This document shows positions 61,701 to 64,000 of a stretch of DNA of 64,000 nucleotides, one piece after another. Position numbers and translations under genes: made by a program. Origin of the DNA: Octopus sinensis (Eukaryota). The first letter of the stretch is position 1. Each line of letters starts with the position of its first letter. The stretch lies in assembly GCF_006345805.1 (NCBI RefSeq), contig NC_042999.1, positions 169,198,001-169,262,000 on the forward strand. Reading direction: 5' to 3'. Below the pieces are notes generated by a model. That model did no database searches. It saw nothing but the letters and a program-made list of their open reading frames with translations, and was not told the DNA's origin.

Positions 61701-63450
61701 GAGTATATGTGTGTGTGTGTGTGTGTGTGATTTTTAGAAGAAAAACTCTCTTAGCTTGTGCATGAGGGCCTTTAAAAATATTTTAAATCTATACAGACTT
61801 TTGAGAAACTTGGTAAATAATATAGAAGTTATTGTGTGTTACGTTAAAACCTCCCCTAGCTTTGAATTGGTACTCTCAATCAAGTTAATTTAATTCCCCC
61901 AGTTTACTATATTGAATATAATTAAACTATTTCACATCCAGTTCATAGATGAATGATAAACTATCAAGTTAAAATGCAGCAGATGGATGGACTTTCAACT
62001 TCTAGAAAGAAAATCTACATTCCCAATATTTCATGCATTTATTCACTTCTCAATCGATGTCTTTCTCTAACAATGCTATAATGAATTAGTATATTTAGAA
62101 TATTCTATAGCAATTTTTTAAATCGATCTACAAAGTTAAAGATCTTCTATCAAAAAAGCATCTCAAAATTGTGTTCTACTTCATTTGATATCTAATCCTC
62201 ATGCATTTTCTAGTCATCTTACACTGCTCTGTAAGATCTACATAAATGTAAAAGAGCATGAGAAGTGGGCTGGGCTGCATTGATTAGATATAATTTCATT
62301 GGTAGAGAGAGAAATTGTACATACCTTTTTTTAACCATTTTCACTGGCAGCCTACTTGTAGATACCTTTTTTGGCATCTAAATTTAGATATCTTAGAAAT
62401 GGTCAAAACTCAATACTAAATGAAGAGCTACATGTGAAAAAGAAACCTGTTTGTAAATCAGTATTGATAACATCCATGCCAAATTAGGGTTCATCCAACT
62501 TAGGCACTGTGTGGGATTATATCTAATGTTCTTTAGACTCATAGAAAAAATACTACAAGGACTAGTCATGCACACACTCATTCAGCATACTTGCAGTGAA
62601 TGTGTGGATAAACTACTACATGTGTTCAAACCTCAGTTTAGGTAATCTGCTTTGCCCCTAGTCAAACTGTAATGTCAGCGTGTCCCTTATTCTCTAAGAA
62701 GTGGGTATAAGATCTGATGTTTAGCTTTAGTTTTATGGCTCTAAACATATAAGTTAATTTCCCTATGAATAGATTATCAGTTTATATCATAAAATTCCAA
62801 AAAAACGTGGTACCTATTTCAAATGGTTAGGAAGACAATTTATGTAAAGATGCCTAGAGTTTATAGAACTTTTTTGTTTACATCACTTTGGATCTTTTTT
62901 TTTATTAACTTTTTTGTACATATTTTGAACCCTAGTCTTTCCTCATTGATCTGTAGATAAAATACTTTAAAGTTATTGTTACAGAAATATTAATAAATAC
63001 AGCTTCTACAAATGATTCAAAGTTTAACAATTAAAACGTTTTCCAGTTGAGACACTACTTCAAGCAAATTTACTTTGTTCAACCAGCTAAGTTAGAGTTG
63101 CCACTTCTGCACCATGTTTGATAGTGAAGAAACAGTGTTCGATTTCATGATAGATGCAGATCTATCCAATAATCGTATTTTATTTTTTAATGAGAAGTTA
63201 AAGATTTTATGCAGTGGAGATGATTATTTCAAATTCTAAAACTGTTGTTGGGTGTCAACTTCATGGTTTATCTTTTGCAAAGTAGATGAGGATGAAATCA
63301 TGAAATCATTACCTTCAATGCATAAGTGTTGATTCAGTTTCACTGCCTTTCAAAAAACTAACCCAAAAAGTATCTAGTCCAAGTAACTCCTAGTAATTAA
63401 ACAAATTTTGAGAATGTTTCTGGAATCTTTACTAGTATTTAGCTTTTCCT

Positions 63451-63483
<33 letters not shown>

Positions 63484-64000
63484 GAAAACCCCTTCTAGTA
63501 AAACGTTCTAATAACCAGGCATGCTTTTGTTTTATTAACTTCATTTACTATGCAGCACTGTCACATGCAAGTACCCCTTTCTATATATTTCTATAAAATT
63601 ATCATTGCTGTTTGTGGAGTAAAGTTTAGCAGCCCCAAAATCTAACTTATACATTTTTCTCTACACAGAACCCCTTTTTTTGTTCTCTTTCCTTAACCTC
63701 CACCCATTACTAACAATTTCTTTCTGTCATTGAACTATTAACCATAGTCAATTAATAAACTAAATGAAAAAAGTAGTTGAGGTAAATTATAAGTAAATCA
63801 CATACACACTTAAACTGAAAATAATTGAATGGCCATAAAACCGTAGTTTTTTGCTCATTTGTTTACTTTTTATTCTTTTGTTCTTTTACTCCTAATGTTT
63901 TTAAACTAATTAATTTTAAGTAATTGTCGTTTTTCTTTCTTTCATTTTTTTTCTTTTCATTTTATTGCACATTTTTTGCCTCTCATTGCTTTTGTTCTTG

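Noticed and set aside
60157-64000. Further scribble exons / first PDZ domain
   Set aside because: No GLGF-type PDZ motif or convincing phase-0 exon was seen before the window end.

Overview
AT-rich eukaryotic genomic DNA, probably an octopod cephalopod (inferred from the SINE/LINE families, not proven). The window is internal to one large + strand gene encoding Scribble, the LAP-family polarity scaffold. Twelve GT-AG coding exons (1693-60156) splice into one continuous 1629-nt (543-codon) frame. They cover the distal LRRs, the LAP-specific domain, the TPHPxELK motif, an acidic linker and the RRDTPHHLKNKR motif. The start codon and PDZ exons lie outside the window. Introns are packed with decayed mobile elements: three tRNA-type SINE families; RTE, R4/Dong-like, CRE-like, CR1-like and L1/Tx1-like LINE pieces; Gypsy; Tc1/mariner including a DD36E element; piggyBac; a Chapaev-like element; Helitrons; and microsatellites. 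I found no clearly new multi-gene system. The best second-look items are: (i) two co-oriented Helitrons tightly bracketing one scribble exon, a ready-made exon-capture unit; (ii) a 68-bp fully pairable hairpin made by template switching inside an intronic LINE; (iii) a multi-part templated insertion at 1063-1387 copied from two different elements 4-5 kb downstream; (iv) a DD36E (Incomer-type) Tc1 with a duplicated left end; (v) inverted SINE pairs around exons (dsRNA/editing/circRNA candidates); (vi) tandem splice-site choices; and (vii) degenerate hammerhead-like cores in Penelope-like remnants. Exon and TIR coordinates were counted by hand. Boundaries of decayed repeats are approximate.
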